In this document: piece after piece, positions 27,835-37,490 of the stretch
Numbering within the stretch: position 1 is the first letter of the stretch
How the letters are laid out: every line of letters starts with the position of its first letter
Origin: Puniceicoccales bacterium
Lineage (GTDB): Bacteria; Verrucomicrobiota; Verrucomicrobiia; Opitutales; JAIRLM01
Reading direction: 5' to 3'
NCBI GenBank assembly: GCA_031278455.1
Contig: JAITKJ010000006.1
Location: forward strand, 5,704-69,703
Length of the DNA stretch: 64,000 bases
Position numbers and translations under genes: made by a program
The notes under the pieces: generated by a model
Database searches by the model: none
Seen by the model: the letters and a program-made list of their open reading frames with translations, nothing else
What the model was told of the DNA's origin: nothing

Positions 27835-28612
27835 GGCCGTCGGCTTGTTTGCCGCAACCGGGTAGTGCCAGAAATGCGTCAGCTGAAGGTGACTGCGCGA
27901 AAAAATGAAAAACTTTCCTATCCAATGTGTACTCAAATTCAATTTCGGCGGCAAGCAACTGTAACCTATGACTTCCCGTGGCGCTGTAAAATGCTTTGTT
28001 GTAGGCGAAATCACCGTAAATTCGATCGCCGGCTATGGGTATGCCGCGCCGGGCGCACTGGAAGCGCAACTGGTGGGTACGCCCAGTTAGTGGGTGTAAT
28101 TCGAGCAAAAAGCAGGACAACTCCCCCAACTGAATTTTTTTGGCAATTTTTACTTCGGTACGCATTTCCGTTCCTTTTCCGGGGTACAGACGGACCGATT
28201 TCCCATCATTCCGTTCTGCGGCGAAATCATGCCATAACCTCGAAGGCATTGGACCACATTTGGAAAAAGCATAGTACGTTTTTCGAACGGCGTATTGCTT
28301 GAAAGATTCGCGCACGGCTCCCGCGACGCGATCCGACTGTGTCAGCAATACCAACCCCTCCGTTGGTTCATCCAAGCGGTTGAGTAAGAAAACTTCTCCA
28401 CCAAACGCCGCATAGGTACGTCGACGTGGGTCATATGGCGACAAAAGCAAAGCATTCCGTTTGGCAAAACTGGTATTGGGATGCGAAATCACACCACTTG
28501 GCTTGTTGACAGCAACGAGACCATTTCCATCCCGCCCAACAACCATGACTCTCTTGTGCAAAAGCGTAACCCAGGCACCCGAAGCGACATCGAAAGAAGC
28601 TGAACTCGCCAT
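27827..28612 (-). CDS. RluA-family pseudouridine synthase
   Basis: Has NRLDEPTEGLVLL (catalytic Asp motif) and GRTHQLRFQCARRGIPIAGDRIYG. Confidence 0.85.
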   Translation of the reverse strand: MASSASFDVASGAWVTLLHKRVMVVGRDGNGLVAVNKPSGVISHPNTSFAKRNALLLSPYDPRRRTYAAFGGEVFLLNRLDEPTEGLVLLTQSDRVAGAVRESFKQYAVRKTYYAFSKCGPMPSRLWHDFAAERNDGKSVRLYPGKGTEMRTEVKIAKKIQLGELSCFLLELHPLTGRTHQLRFQCARRGIPIAGDRIYGDFAYNKAFYSATGSHRLQLLAAEIEFEYTLDRKVFHFFAQSPSADAFLALPGCGKQADGLT

Positions 28613-28620
28613 CGGCGGCG

Positions 28621-28779
28621 TTATTCTTCGGGTTTCGTTTTCGGCAGCGCCGTAATTCGCCGGCCATCATTCCATGCACCACGCTTCCTTAGAAGCTCAA
28701 TACGTTCATAGCGCGTCAACACCGTACGTTTTTCCGTGGACCCACCACCGATTTTTTTCAAACTGGAATGCCTCGTCAT
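28621..28779 (-). CDS. Small basic protein (52 aa) of the type conserved in PVC-group bacteria
   Basis: MTRHSSLKKIGGGSTEKRTVLTRYERIELLRKRGAWNDGRRITALPKTKPEE. It starts at the internal Met of the ORF-track entry 28621-28890. The family assignment is from memory of similar ~50-aa basic proteins. Confidence 0.5.
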   Translation of the reverse strand: MTRHSSLKKIGGGSTEKRTVLTRYERIELLRKRGAWNDGRRITALPKTKPEE

Positions 28780-28994
28780 AGACTCCTCCCGGATATGAAG
28801 ACAAAAATTGAACCTCAAACCTGGGTGTGTTTCGTAAATTCTCATAAAAACTGCAACATTTTTTTGCGCTCGGTGTGAATGGCCGCACAATCAATCGGTC
28901 GCTATTTGTTTTGCGTCCGTTGAAATTGGAAAATGCGCGTTCGCAAAAATGTGCTTGTCTGGGTAATTCATTTTGAGAAACTAACGAGAAGGTC

Positions 28995-29744
28995 GTGAAA
29001 ATGATTGGAAAAATTTTCAAATTGTTTTGTTGTTGCATGGCAATTTTCAGCTGTGGTTGCGCAAAAAAAGACCCAGTCCCAGAAATGATACATTTTGCAA
29101 TTTGTGCCGATTATCCGCCATTTGAATATGTAAGCCACGGAGAGTTTATAGGGTTTGAGGTTGATTTGGCCCGCCGAATTGCAATGGAATTGGGTCGCGT
29201 TGCCATCTTTCACGATATGGCATTCGCTTCGATATTTCCAGCGCTGAAAAATGGTTTTGCCGATGCGGCCATCTCTGCGATTGCGGCCACTCGCGAAAGA
29301 CAGATTGCATACACGCTTACGCCAACTTATTTCCAGGAACGATTATTTGCCGTTTTTGACATGTCTAAACGGGTGGACGGGAAAGAATCTCTCGCGGGAC
29401 AAAAAGTTGCATGCCAATTGGGATCGACCATGGAAATTTGGGTGCGTCAAAACGTTCCCGAGGCCAAAATTATCACCTTGGATACGTCAAATCAGGGTAT
29501 AGAAATGTTAAAGGCCGGCCATGTGTATGCAGTTATTCTCGACGGCCCACAGGCTAAGGCATTTTCGGCACAAAACGCCTCGCTTCGCTATACTCATTTG
29601 GCGGATTCCGCTGAAGGATATGCCGTTGCCTTCCCGAAAGGCTCAAGGCTTGCAAGACCAGTGAGAGCACTCATAACGAGATTTGTTGGGGACGGGACAA
29701 TTGATGAATTAAAACAAAAATGGGGGTTGAATGATCCAACTTGA
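28995..29744 (+). CDS. Amino-acid ABC transporter substrate-binding lipoprotein (family 3 SBP)
   Basis: Lipoprotein-like leader ...AIFSCGCAKK, then the PBPb pattern ICADYPPFEY...GFEVDLARRIA. Confidence 0.85.
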   Translation: MKMIGKIFKLFCCCMAIFSCGCAKKDPVPEMIHFAICADYPPFEYVSHGEFIGFEVDLARRIAMELGRVAIFHDMAFASIFPALKNGFADAAISAIAATRERQIAYTLTPTYFQERLFAVFDMSKRVDGKESLAGQKVACQLGSTMEIWVRQNVPEAKIITLDTSNQGIEMLKAGHVYAVILDGPQAKAFSAQNASLRYTHLADSAEGYAVAFPKGSRLARPVRALITRFVGDGTIDELKQKWGLNDPT

Positions 29745-30372
29745 GATGTTTCGATTCATAGGTTGCGGAGTTGTGACTACTTTACAGCTTCTGGCTGGCG
29801 GGCTTTTCGGTGGGTTAGCACTTGGGGTTTTGTTGGCCATTTTGCGTCGTAATAGTTTTGGGAAGTTGTTCGTAGTGCCATACGCCTCAGTGATTCGCGG
29901 AACTCCACTGCTGCTGCAGGTAAGTATTATTTATTTTACACTGCCAAGCGTCTTGAAGATTCGGTTGGGCGTAATAACAGCAGGAATAATTGCCCTTGGA
30001 CTCAACAGTGCCGCGTATGTGGCAGAAATTTTGCGCTCTGGTATCGAAAATCTCTCCCGTGGCCAATTCGAAGCGGCAAAAACGCTGGGAATTTCTCCGT
30101 TTTATACATGGAAGGACATTATTTTGCCGCAGGTCCTGAAAAATATCTTCCCGGCGATTACCGGAGAGGTCATTGCCCTACTTAAAGAAACGGCACTTAT
30201 TTCTGTAATTGGAGGCGTAGATATTATGCGTCGAGCACAAATGGTTGCCGCCGAATCTTTTATATATTTTACTCCACTTTGCATGGCTGGTGCGTGCTAC
30301 TATCTGCTTGTACTTTCGATTGAAGTTTTGGCCCGAAAACTGGAAAAGAAGATGCGCTATGATTACTATTAA
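29731..30372 (+). CDS. Amino-acid ABC transporter permease (His/Glu/Gln/Arg family)
   Basis: Has the EAA-loop-like FEAAKTLGISPFYTWKDIILPQ; 213 aa, polytopic. Overlaps the SBP gene by 14 nt. Confidence 0.85.
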   Translation: MIQLEMFRFIGCGVVTTLQLLAGGLFGGLALGVLLAILRRNSFGKLFVVPYASVIRGTPLLLQVSIIYFTLPSVLKIRLGVITAGIIALGLNSAAYVAEILRSGIENLSRGQFEAAKTLGISPFYTWKDIILPQVLKNIFPAITGEVIALLKETALISVIGGVDIMRRAQMVAAESFIYFTPLCMAGACYYLLVLSIEVLARKLEKKMRYDYY

Positions 30373-31018
30373 AAAGGCTTCCAAATCTTTTGACGACCAT
30401 GGGGCCCTGAATGAGATTGATCTCGAGATCTCTTCTGGCGATAGTATCGGCCTCGCTGGAGCTTCAGGCAGCGGGAAATCGACGCTTCTTCGATGTATTC
30501 AAGGGCTTGAGGTTCTTGACTCGGGAACTATTTCGTGTGCAGGGCGTACGGGATTCATGTTTCAGGATTTCCAACTTTTCCCACACATGACCGTTGGAGA
30601 GAATGTTATGTATGCGCCCAAGCGGCGCAAAACACCTTTGGCGCATTTGGAGATAAAGGCAAATGAGCTCCTGCATCATTTGGGGATTGCTCAATTTAAA
30701 GATCGCTACCCGGCTAGCCTGTCTGGAGGACAGAAACAGCGCGTAGCGCTGGCACGCACTTTAATTTCCAATCCTGACATATTACTTTGCGACGAGCCCA
30801 CATCTGGACTGGACATTGCCACAACGGGAGATGTCATATCATTGTTGAAATCAATTCAAAACAGAAAAACAACCATCGTCATTGCTTCCCACGATTTGGA
30901 CTTTTTGGCACAAATCACACATCGGATAATTCTTCTTAAAAACGGCACAATCGTTAGCGATATTGAACCTCGCAAGTTGTCAAACCCAGTTGAATATTTG
31001 AGGAAACTTTATGAATAG
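30359..31018 (+). CDS. Amino-acid ABC transporter ATP-binding protein
   Basis: Walker A GASGSGKST, signature LSGGQKQRVALAR, Walker B ILLCDEPTSGLD. The ATG at 30359 overlaps the permease stop; the ORF-track start at 30245 is too early. Confidence 0.9.
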   Translation: MITIKKASKSFDDHGALNEIDLEISSGDSIGLAGASGSGKSTLLRCIQGLEVLDSGTISCAGRTGFMFQDFQLFPHMTVGENVMYAPKRRKTPLAHLEIKANELLHHLGIAQFKDRYPASLSGGQKQRVALARTLISNPDILLCDEPTSGLDIATTGDVISLLKSIQNRKTTIVIASHDLDFLAQITHRIILLKNGTIVSDIEPRKLSNPVEYLRKLYE

Positions 31019-31093
31019 ACGTTTCGCAAAAATTAAAGCAGCACCCCAACGAGAAATCAGAACCAACTCACCGCAGGAGATATAATATCGTTA

Positions 31094-31711
31094 TTAAGAT
31101 GGTACATGTTTGATTTCGGAGGAAAGCATCTGCGTGGCCACCTCGTAAATCTGTCGGCTTACCCATGCGTCCGTTGCCGCATAACGCAATTGTCCGCCAG
31201 TTAGACGGTCCCTGCCCCAGTCAGAGGTTTGCTCACGTTTGGAGATGCGAATTCCGAGCAATATAGCACACAGTTTTCTCAAACTGCGATCCTCAATCCC
31301 TAACGTGTCTGTTATGTGCGTCAGTTCAATAAAACCGCCAGGCGCAAATTCTTGAAATTTTTTCAGCCGTCGAACATCCTCTTGGACGCCAACGCAAACT
31401 TTTAGGTTTGTTTCGGATTCCAAAAGCGGGATGAGCTGATTTAGTCCTCCGCATTTGGCTAATTGAAAAATAAAAACCTCTTCGGCAGTTGCCAATTGCA
31501 CGACGGCTGGGTCATAATGCTGCCCGCGCCGAAATGATGGTCTGGTTTCTGTGTCAAATCCCAATAGGGGATAAGACAAAATGCATTCAACGGCAGAACG
31601 TGCCAGCTCCTCGGTATCGACCAAAAAGATTTTTCCGCCAAATTGCCAGAGCGGAAGCGCATTAACAGCGTCCTTCGCGAGACGTTTTGTAATCCTCGGC
31701 TGCGAATTCAT
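31094..31711 (-). CDS. 3'-5' exonuclease (DEDD, RNase D/WRN-like domain)
   Basis: ExoI LGFDTETRP, with later conserved acidic motifs (AATDAWV, Y-x3-D type); 205 aa. Confidence 0.75.
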   Translation of the reverse strand: MNSQPRITKRLAKDAVNALPLWQFGGKIFLVDTEELARSAVECILSYPLLGFDTETRPSFRRGQHYDPAVVQLATAEEVFIFQLAKCGGLNQLIPLLESETNLKVCVGVQEDVRRLKKFQEFAPGGFIELTHITDTLGIEDRSLRKLCAILLGIRISKREQTSDWGRDRLTGGQLRYAATDAWVSRQIYEVATQMLSSEIKHVPS

Positions 31712-31873
31712 GAAAAATTGCTCTTCCGAAATTTTAGTTGTTGAAATTTTTTAAAAAATCAATTCGAAAACGTTCGATTGTAATATTCCAAGACAACCAC
31801 GCCACAGCACATACGTTTTGGCTCATCACTTTTACCATCGACTCCAATACCATCGCCAAGCAACGTCATTTGC

Positions 31874-33922
31874 ATGCAGAAGCGGGGCATCCTTAGAATA
31901 TTTTGGCTTCATTTTGCAAGCCTCATGCTTCCCGTATGTGTTGCAACGGCATCAACCGTTCCGGCGCATACCTCAAAGAGTGGTCCGGCGGCTAATGCTA
32001 AAAATTGTGCCGTGACACAAATGGCTAACAATGCATACATCGTCGCTGAAAACGTACGATGCGATCTCCTTCGAGTGGAAGCAGATGACGGCGTTTGCTA
32101 CAGCGACGACGCACTTATGCTCGTTGGCGAAACGTTGCGGGGAAGCCCAGGGGATAATACCTTCGTCATTAGGGACATCCGCCTGTCAGACGGGCTCTTC
32201 TGCGCAAGGGCTAAATTCGCATTACACACGGAAAAGGGTGGAAAACGGCGAATTGTCCTCCGCCATGGAGAAATTTTTTGCGGGGAACCCGGCCCATGCA
32301 CGCCGTCTGTTTCTTCTGAACGCATTTTTGTTGACGATATGAATTACCTGCGATTTCGCGGCGCAACCTTCAAGATTGGGAACCACAGTGTATTTTACCT
32401 TCCTTATTACTCGACGTCAGTCCAGCATGTACCATTGGAAGCCCGCATACACTATGGCCGGCAAGAAAGACTTGGGTTTTTTGGGAGACATCAATTCTTA
32501 TTTCAAGCTGGTTCACACGCCAAATACGGTCTTAATGCTGACTTTTACACGCGGCGAGGAATTTTGCTCGGCCCAACTTTTGATCTGGAGTTTCCTACAT
32601 GGCAGGCACGTTTCCGCAGCGGGTTCATGCACGATGGGAATGCTTCGTTGAGTGATATTTATGCCGATGCAAAAGGGAAGTCTCGGAACTTTTTAAAGCT
32701 AAACTACAATCAAAAAATCAGGTCGAATTTTAACCTGTACGGTGCATTTGAGCACACAAGCGACGATAGAATCTTGCGTGATTTCATGCGAAAAGAGTTT
32801 CTTCAAAACCAATTCCCGGACAATTTTCTTGAGACCAGTTATACGCAGCAAAATGATGCAGCCTCAATTCTCGTGCGCTCCGATCCCAGTAGCGCCCAAA
32901 GGACCGTCGAAAGGCTCCCTCAGCTGCGATACGAAAGAGTCGCCGTACGTTTTTTGCACATTCCAGCCTATTACAGCGCCTTTTGCGAATTGGCCCATTT
33001 AAAATTGCGGCATGATAGTGTGCCGTCTGTTTTTCGAGCGGAAACGTATTGCGGTGTGGATTTCCTGCTAAAATGGCAAAATTTTCTGACATTCAAGCCG
33101 TTGCTCGGACAACGGGCAACATTTTACCATTTAATGGATGAAAAAGAAAATTATCTACAAAATCGCCTGCAAATCGGCTGGGATTTGCGCATGGATTTCT
33201 GTGGCGATTGGGGTGTTTCCCTTCCCAAATGGGAATTGTATAATATTTGCCATCGAGTAACTCCAATTCTCCAATATCGCCGCACCTGGCAAAGAAAGCG
33301 GGAATGCCCAGTTCCAATTGACATGAAAATTGCCAACAGTGCTATTCCTATTATTAATCTCGCCGAACGGAAGGATGCCGATGATAGTTTAGCCATGCAC
33401 GTTCTCCGACTGGGTGTCGAAAATCTATTTCAATCAATGAAAAACAAAACACGCAGGCACACGTTCGCAGAATTGAGTTTTTTTGAAGACCTGCATTTCC
33501 AAAATTTCAAAGGCGGAAGCCGCTGGTCTGATCTTTATACCACGCTTTCCCTGTTGCCAGGCGAATTTCTTTCCATGCAACTTTTCAGCCAAATTGACGT
33601 GATGCGTTTAATTGTCAACGATCTGCATGCTTATTTTTCCATACATGATGCCATGCTATGGCGGTTGTCACTGTCGCATAATTTCTTTAAAGGCGAATCA
33701 AATCAGTACGGATTACATTTCAATTATCGACTCAATTGCAACAACTGGATTGGATATTTCTTGCGCTACGACGTTAGTGCACATGGCCCAATTCACCAGC
33801 ATTATAAATTCCGCCACCGTGTGAACAATTCCTGGTGTTGGAATGCAGACTTAACCATTCGCTCGAAAACATTTCGCGGCGACCGCTATCAGGTAAGTGT
33901 CGGCATGAGCCTCCCGAAATAG
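31874..33922 (+). CDS. lptD: LptD/OstA-like outer-membrane LPS-assembly protein
   Basis: Signal peptide, then elements typical of LptD (FKIGNHSVFYLPYYS, ERLPQLRYE) and a beta-barrel-like alternating C-terminus; 682 aa. Confidence 0.6.
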   Translation: MQKRGILRIFWLHFASLMLPVCVATASTVPAHTSKSGPAANAKNCAVTQMANNAYIVAENVRCDLLRVEADDGVCYSDDALMLVGETLRGSPGDNTFVIRDIRLSDGLFCARAKFALHTEKGGKRRIVLRHGEIFCGEPGPCTPSVSSERIFVDDMNYLRFRGATFKIGNHSVFYLPYYSTSVQHVPLEARIHYGRQERLGFFGRHQFLFQAGSHAKYGLNADFYTRRGILLGPTFDLEFPTWQARFRSGFMHDGNASLSDIYADAKGKSRNFLKLNYNQKIRSNFNLYGAFEHTSDDRILRDFMRKEFLQNQFPDNFLETSYTQQNDAASILVRSDPSSAQRTVERLPQLRYERVAVRFLHIPAYYSAFCELAHLKLRHDSVPSVFRAETYCGVDFLLKWQNFLTFKPLLGQRATFYHLMDEKENYLQNRLQIGWDLRMDFCGDWGVSLPKWELYNICHRVTPILQYRRTWQRKRECPVPIDMKIANSAIPIINLAERKDADDSLAMHVLRLGVENLFQSMKNKTRRHTFAELSFFEDLHFQNFKGGSRWSDLYTTLSLLPGEFLSMQLFSQIDVMRLIVNDLHAYFSIHDAMLWRLSLSHNFFKGESNQYGLHFNYRLNCNNWIGYFLRYDVSAHGPIHQHYKFRHRVNNSWCWNADLTIRSKTFRGDRYQVSVGMSLPK

Positions 33923-34245
33923 CCGCTTGGTCTGCAGGCTCATCGGCGACGCAATCGGGGAAATTTAAAGACCTTTTCGGGTGCGGTCAGTGCAAGTTTG
34001 GGCCGGCAGCAACTCGGAATAATCAGTATGTCATTGGCTCCGTCTGACTTCCATTCGACGCCGGCGATGGATTGAACGTCCAGGTTTTGGATGCGAATGG
34101 CAACGTTGTTTTCGGCGGTGTGAACGTTGACGCAAGCGGAAATATCACCCTATCCTCCGCCGTCCCATACGGCCGGAACAGCCACCATCACCGGGGTAAT
34201 TAACATGGATCGTTGGACGCGGAACCATCCACTTTGAAATTTTAA

Positions 34246-34512
34246 TTAGTGGTCCTTGTAGTAACCATAGCAGGAGAGAAAAATAATAAAGTCTCCTCTA
34301 ACCGCATAAACAAGGCGGTGCTTTCCAATAATCCTGCGCGACCATACTATCTGTGGCCGGTAACCTTTAAGTTGCTCAGGGTAGCCAATCCCTTACTTTG
34401 GAGATTTCGCAATACTTTCTTCCAATTCATCAAGCTTTTGCAATGCGCACCGTTGCAGTTTCGACAATTTAATAGAGTGAAGTTTATACAGATTTGTTTT
34501 TACAAGCTTCAT
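34246..34512 (-). pseudogene. yoeB: YoeB/Txe-family toxin pseudogene (in-frame TAA at codon 40; catalytic C-terminus altered)
   Basis: Minus-strand translation: MKLVKTNLYKLHSIKLSKLQRCALQKLDELEESIAKSPK*GIGYPEQLKGYRPQIVWSRRIIGKHRLVYAVRGDFIIFLSCYGYYKDH. Compare E. coli YoeB ...[30 protein letters not shown]...CRYHY. The stop codon lies at 34393-34395. Confidence 0.8.
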
Positions 34513-34773
34513 AAACGTCCCTATGCACGCTTTCTATAAACTCTTCAACCGTATCAAAAACTTCACAATTTTCAAGGTTGTCCGCGGATTTCATTGCCGC
34601 TTTTAATGCCGCCTTTGTGACGATTGGGCAGTCATCATCTTCTTGGTCAACGCAGTGGGCCTCAACGATGTTGGCTAAAAACCGTGAAAGGACACGCGCT
34701 TCTCAAGTGCTCGACGTCTTACGCGATTGGCCACTGGAATCGGAAGCGTAACAGCAATACGATCACCTCTCAT
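34484..34773 (-). pseudogene. Ribbon-helix-helix antitoxin pseudogene (frameshifted near 34675), overlapping the yoeB remnant start
   Basis: Frame 1 reads MRGDRIAVTLPIPVANRVRRRALEKRVSFHGF*. A shifted frame continues ANIVEAHCVDQEDDDCPIVTKAALKAAMKSADNLENCEVFDTVEEFIESVH..., which is an RHH N-domain plus a RelB/DinJ-like tail. Confidence 0.6.
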
Positions 34774-35590
34774 AGTGATTCACTATCGATCCGAAAATGC
34801 CGCACATGTCAACAACAATTTTCCATAAAAATAATTTTATACTCGTTAGTTATTGGCTAAGAATGCTTTAGACTCATGGCGCACGTAAAAATTAAAACCC
34901 CCATTGACGGGGTAGATCTCACCGCGGCGCCGACGGCAAACCCGGTTAGCGGCGAAAGGACGCCGTTTTTTCTCAATGGCATTTTATGTGCCAAGAACTC
35001 AAGTGGAAACGTCGCGCCGATAAGCTCCGATACGCGGGCGGAGGTGGCCTTGGTGGCAACGGATTTCACTGATGGTGTGGCAACCATCTACGGCCGATAA
35101 AACGAAGGCCGGCGCGGCAAAACAAGCGAGTGCTGCCTACGCCAACGGCTACCGGGGAAGAGGAGGGAAGCAAAAATGATGCCCTGGATTTTTATAGCTC
35201 TTCCCGCCTTCGGCTCCTTTCTTTGCGTAAAAGGTGGCATGCTATGGTGCTGGCGCGTATGGACCGCGACCAACGTCTATTTCTTCGTCCGCGATATGTG
35301 CATCTACGAATGAGCCCAAGGAATATCCGTTTTTATCAACCTCTGCTTCTCGCGCTTTCGGTTTTTTGGCGCGGCATAGGCTACAATCGTCGCTGGCGTA
35401 CTTATGTTAAATCTAGGTGCTTAAACCAAAAAATTATTATAGAAATTAGTTTTACAAGTTGCACAACTTCATTACGCCAGATAGCATAAGGAGTTTTAGT
35501 CATTGATTTGAAAATTTTTTGACAATACATAGTGAATTTCAGAGACACAAACTAGGCCAATTGCGATGCGCCATGAATATTTTGCAATAG

Positions 35591-36565
35591 ATGAAAATGA
35601 TTGCTTTTTATGTTTTTTACAACAGACCACGCACCATGGACGTAATTGCATCGTGCAAGATCGACACTTGGCAATGCCATATTACAGCGGCAGAAGGTGC
35701 GGATGCGGCGCGGACGCTGCTGGTTGCGGGGACTGGAGTTCTAGATATTCCCGCCGCGGCCAAAGTGCGAGACTTAATTTTGGAATATGGATGTACGTCA
35801 TTTATAGTCCCGAGCGGTGTCGCCTGGCAAACTTTTTGCATCTTTGGTGTGTACGTAGTCTGCATTGTGCATGAAGACACCCCGCCCGCTTCTCTGACAG
35901 CCTTACTTTCGGTTCGGGAATCTCCAGTAGCTCAGGTATGGCCGCTATTTATTTTTTTTGCGCAAGTTAACTACGCGAAATTTGATGATGACGGCATGAT
36001 CACTTGTGATACTAAATGGATGCTTGAGGATTCTTACATTGATTATTTGACTAATATGCAGGAAAGATTCCAGAGGCTTATCAAAGCCAGAGGTACAGTC
36101 TGTTGGGGTATGCTCGCCACTGGGCGCCCTGAAATTCGGGAAATAGGTGGCATATCGACCGAACAACTTGAGAACCTTGCTCGATGTCTTTTGGCCGCAC
36201 CACAGATGATCAGTTTTCCGGACGAGGATGTGGCCTGCAGCACCTATGCTGCTTTACTTTATGGCGGAATATTCATACGCGCAAATAATCCAGGCGATCG
36301 GCGCCTTCCGTCGATTTACCAATTGCTGTGCATGCTCGACTTTATTTTTCAAAATGGAAAGCGCACGGTGGATGAGACAGGTCGGGTGGTATATGATAAA
36401 CTTCCACGACAGCTTGATTGGCCAACTGGCGGAGAATGGGGCCAATCGGATGAGGTTCTCCGAAAAGCGCAGGGCACCCTTTGCAAGCTGGAAGGGCAAC
36501 TTGTCTTGATCGGCGCATCTCGGTTTGACAGAGTAGGGTTCGCCGTCTGCGAAATTTCGGCTTGA
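35591..36565 (+). CDS. Hypothetical protein (324 aa), no recognisable domain
   Basis: Long ORF between the decayed TA module and the IS remnant, with no known motifs. Confidence 0.5.
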   Translation: MKMIAFYVFYNRPRTMDVIASCKIDTWQCHITAAEGADAARTLLVAGTGVLDIPAAAKVRDLILEYGCTSFIVPSGVAWQTFCIFGVYVVCIVHEDTPPASLTALLSVRESPVAQVWPLFIFFAQVNYAKFDDDGMITCDTKWMLEDSYIDYLTNMQERFQRLIKARGTVCWGMLATGRPEIREIGGISTEQLENLARCLLAAPQMISFPDEDVACSTYAALLYGGIFIRANNPGDRRLPSIYQLLCMLDFIFQNGKRTVDETGRVVYDKLPRQLDWPTGGEWGQSDEVLRKAQGTLCKLEGQLVLIGASRFDRVGFAVCEISA

Positions 36566-36801
36566 CATTAAACCTCCACAAGAGTTGACTTCAGGCCATC
36601 TAAAGGATTCTGCGGACGTTGGACTTCTTGCAAAAGTTGCCGAGCTGACTAGCTGCGCCGTTGGCTATTTTTTTATGCCGTAAGGCAACAAAAATTACTT
36701 CTTAAATTAACCAATCATGCAACAATTCGAAATTTCCCTTCGGATGTATGCGGGAAGATCATAATGGCATCGATCTGATATGATTTTATTGCCCCGAAGG
36801 C

Positions 36802-37490
36802 CTACTCAACTTTTACGCGTTGCCGCGCGACCATCATGTTAAATATTCCTTTGATCATGCACAGAATGGGCGAGTCAGATTTATTTTTTCGAACAATATG
36901 TATGCAGTTGGCATGAACATTGTGAATTCCCTGATATCCAGCATCAGCTATAATTCGAACATTCGGAGCCGGCATTTCTCCCTCCTTAAAAATCCTGAAA
37001 TCATACACGGAGCCCAGAACTGAACGGGACACGTGTAAAATGCAGCCGCTGGATGTAACGCGAATCTCCGTTTTAATGGTATGCTGCTTCTTTTTTACGG
37101 AGTAAAACGCCCTTTGCTCGCATTGAGGCCGTTCGATAGGCGTCTCGGGAGCATCAATCATGAGCTGTTTCACTTTTTCAGGCGTCAGATACAGGTTCTT
37201 TGAAATTCGGGTGAGCCCAGCCAAAAGTGGTTCCATCCATGTGATAATGCGACAAACTGTGGATGTGCCGACGTCAAAGAAATAGCCGACGACCTCCATG
37301 GTCATGTTGGCTCGTAAGTGCAGCAATTTTTCTTGATTCCGGCAAACGCGATCGGGGTGGTTTTTTGTATTTTCATGCCACCTTTTTCTTCCAATTTTCG
37401 ATAGAAATCACTTCTTTTTTTTGAAGATATTTTTGGCGGATCGACTTTTCCAAGAAGTCCATTGTCAGAAATTGGCGCGTATAAACTCAA
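36802..37490 (-). mobile_element. IS5-family (HTH_Tnp_4 + DDE_Tnp_4 type) transposase remnant, frameshifted and truncated
   Basis: Has LHLRANMTMEVVGYFFDVGTSTVCRI (HTH), IDAPETPIERP, FYSVKKKQHTIKTEI, SVYDFRIF, ADAGYQGI and ...RQRVKVE*. The N-terminal part is split over at least 2 frames around an A8 run, and the C-terminal ~40 aa are missing. It abuts the pgi stop. Confidence 0.75.
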
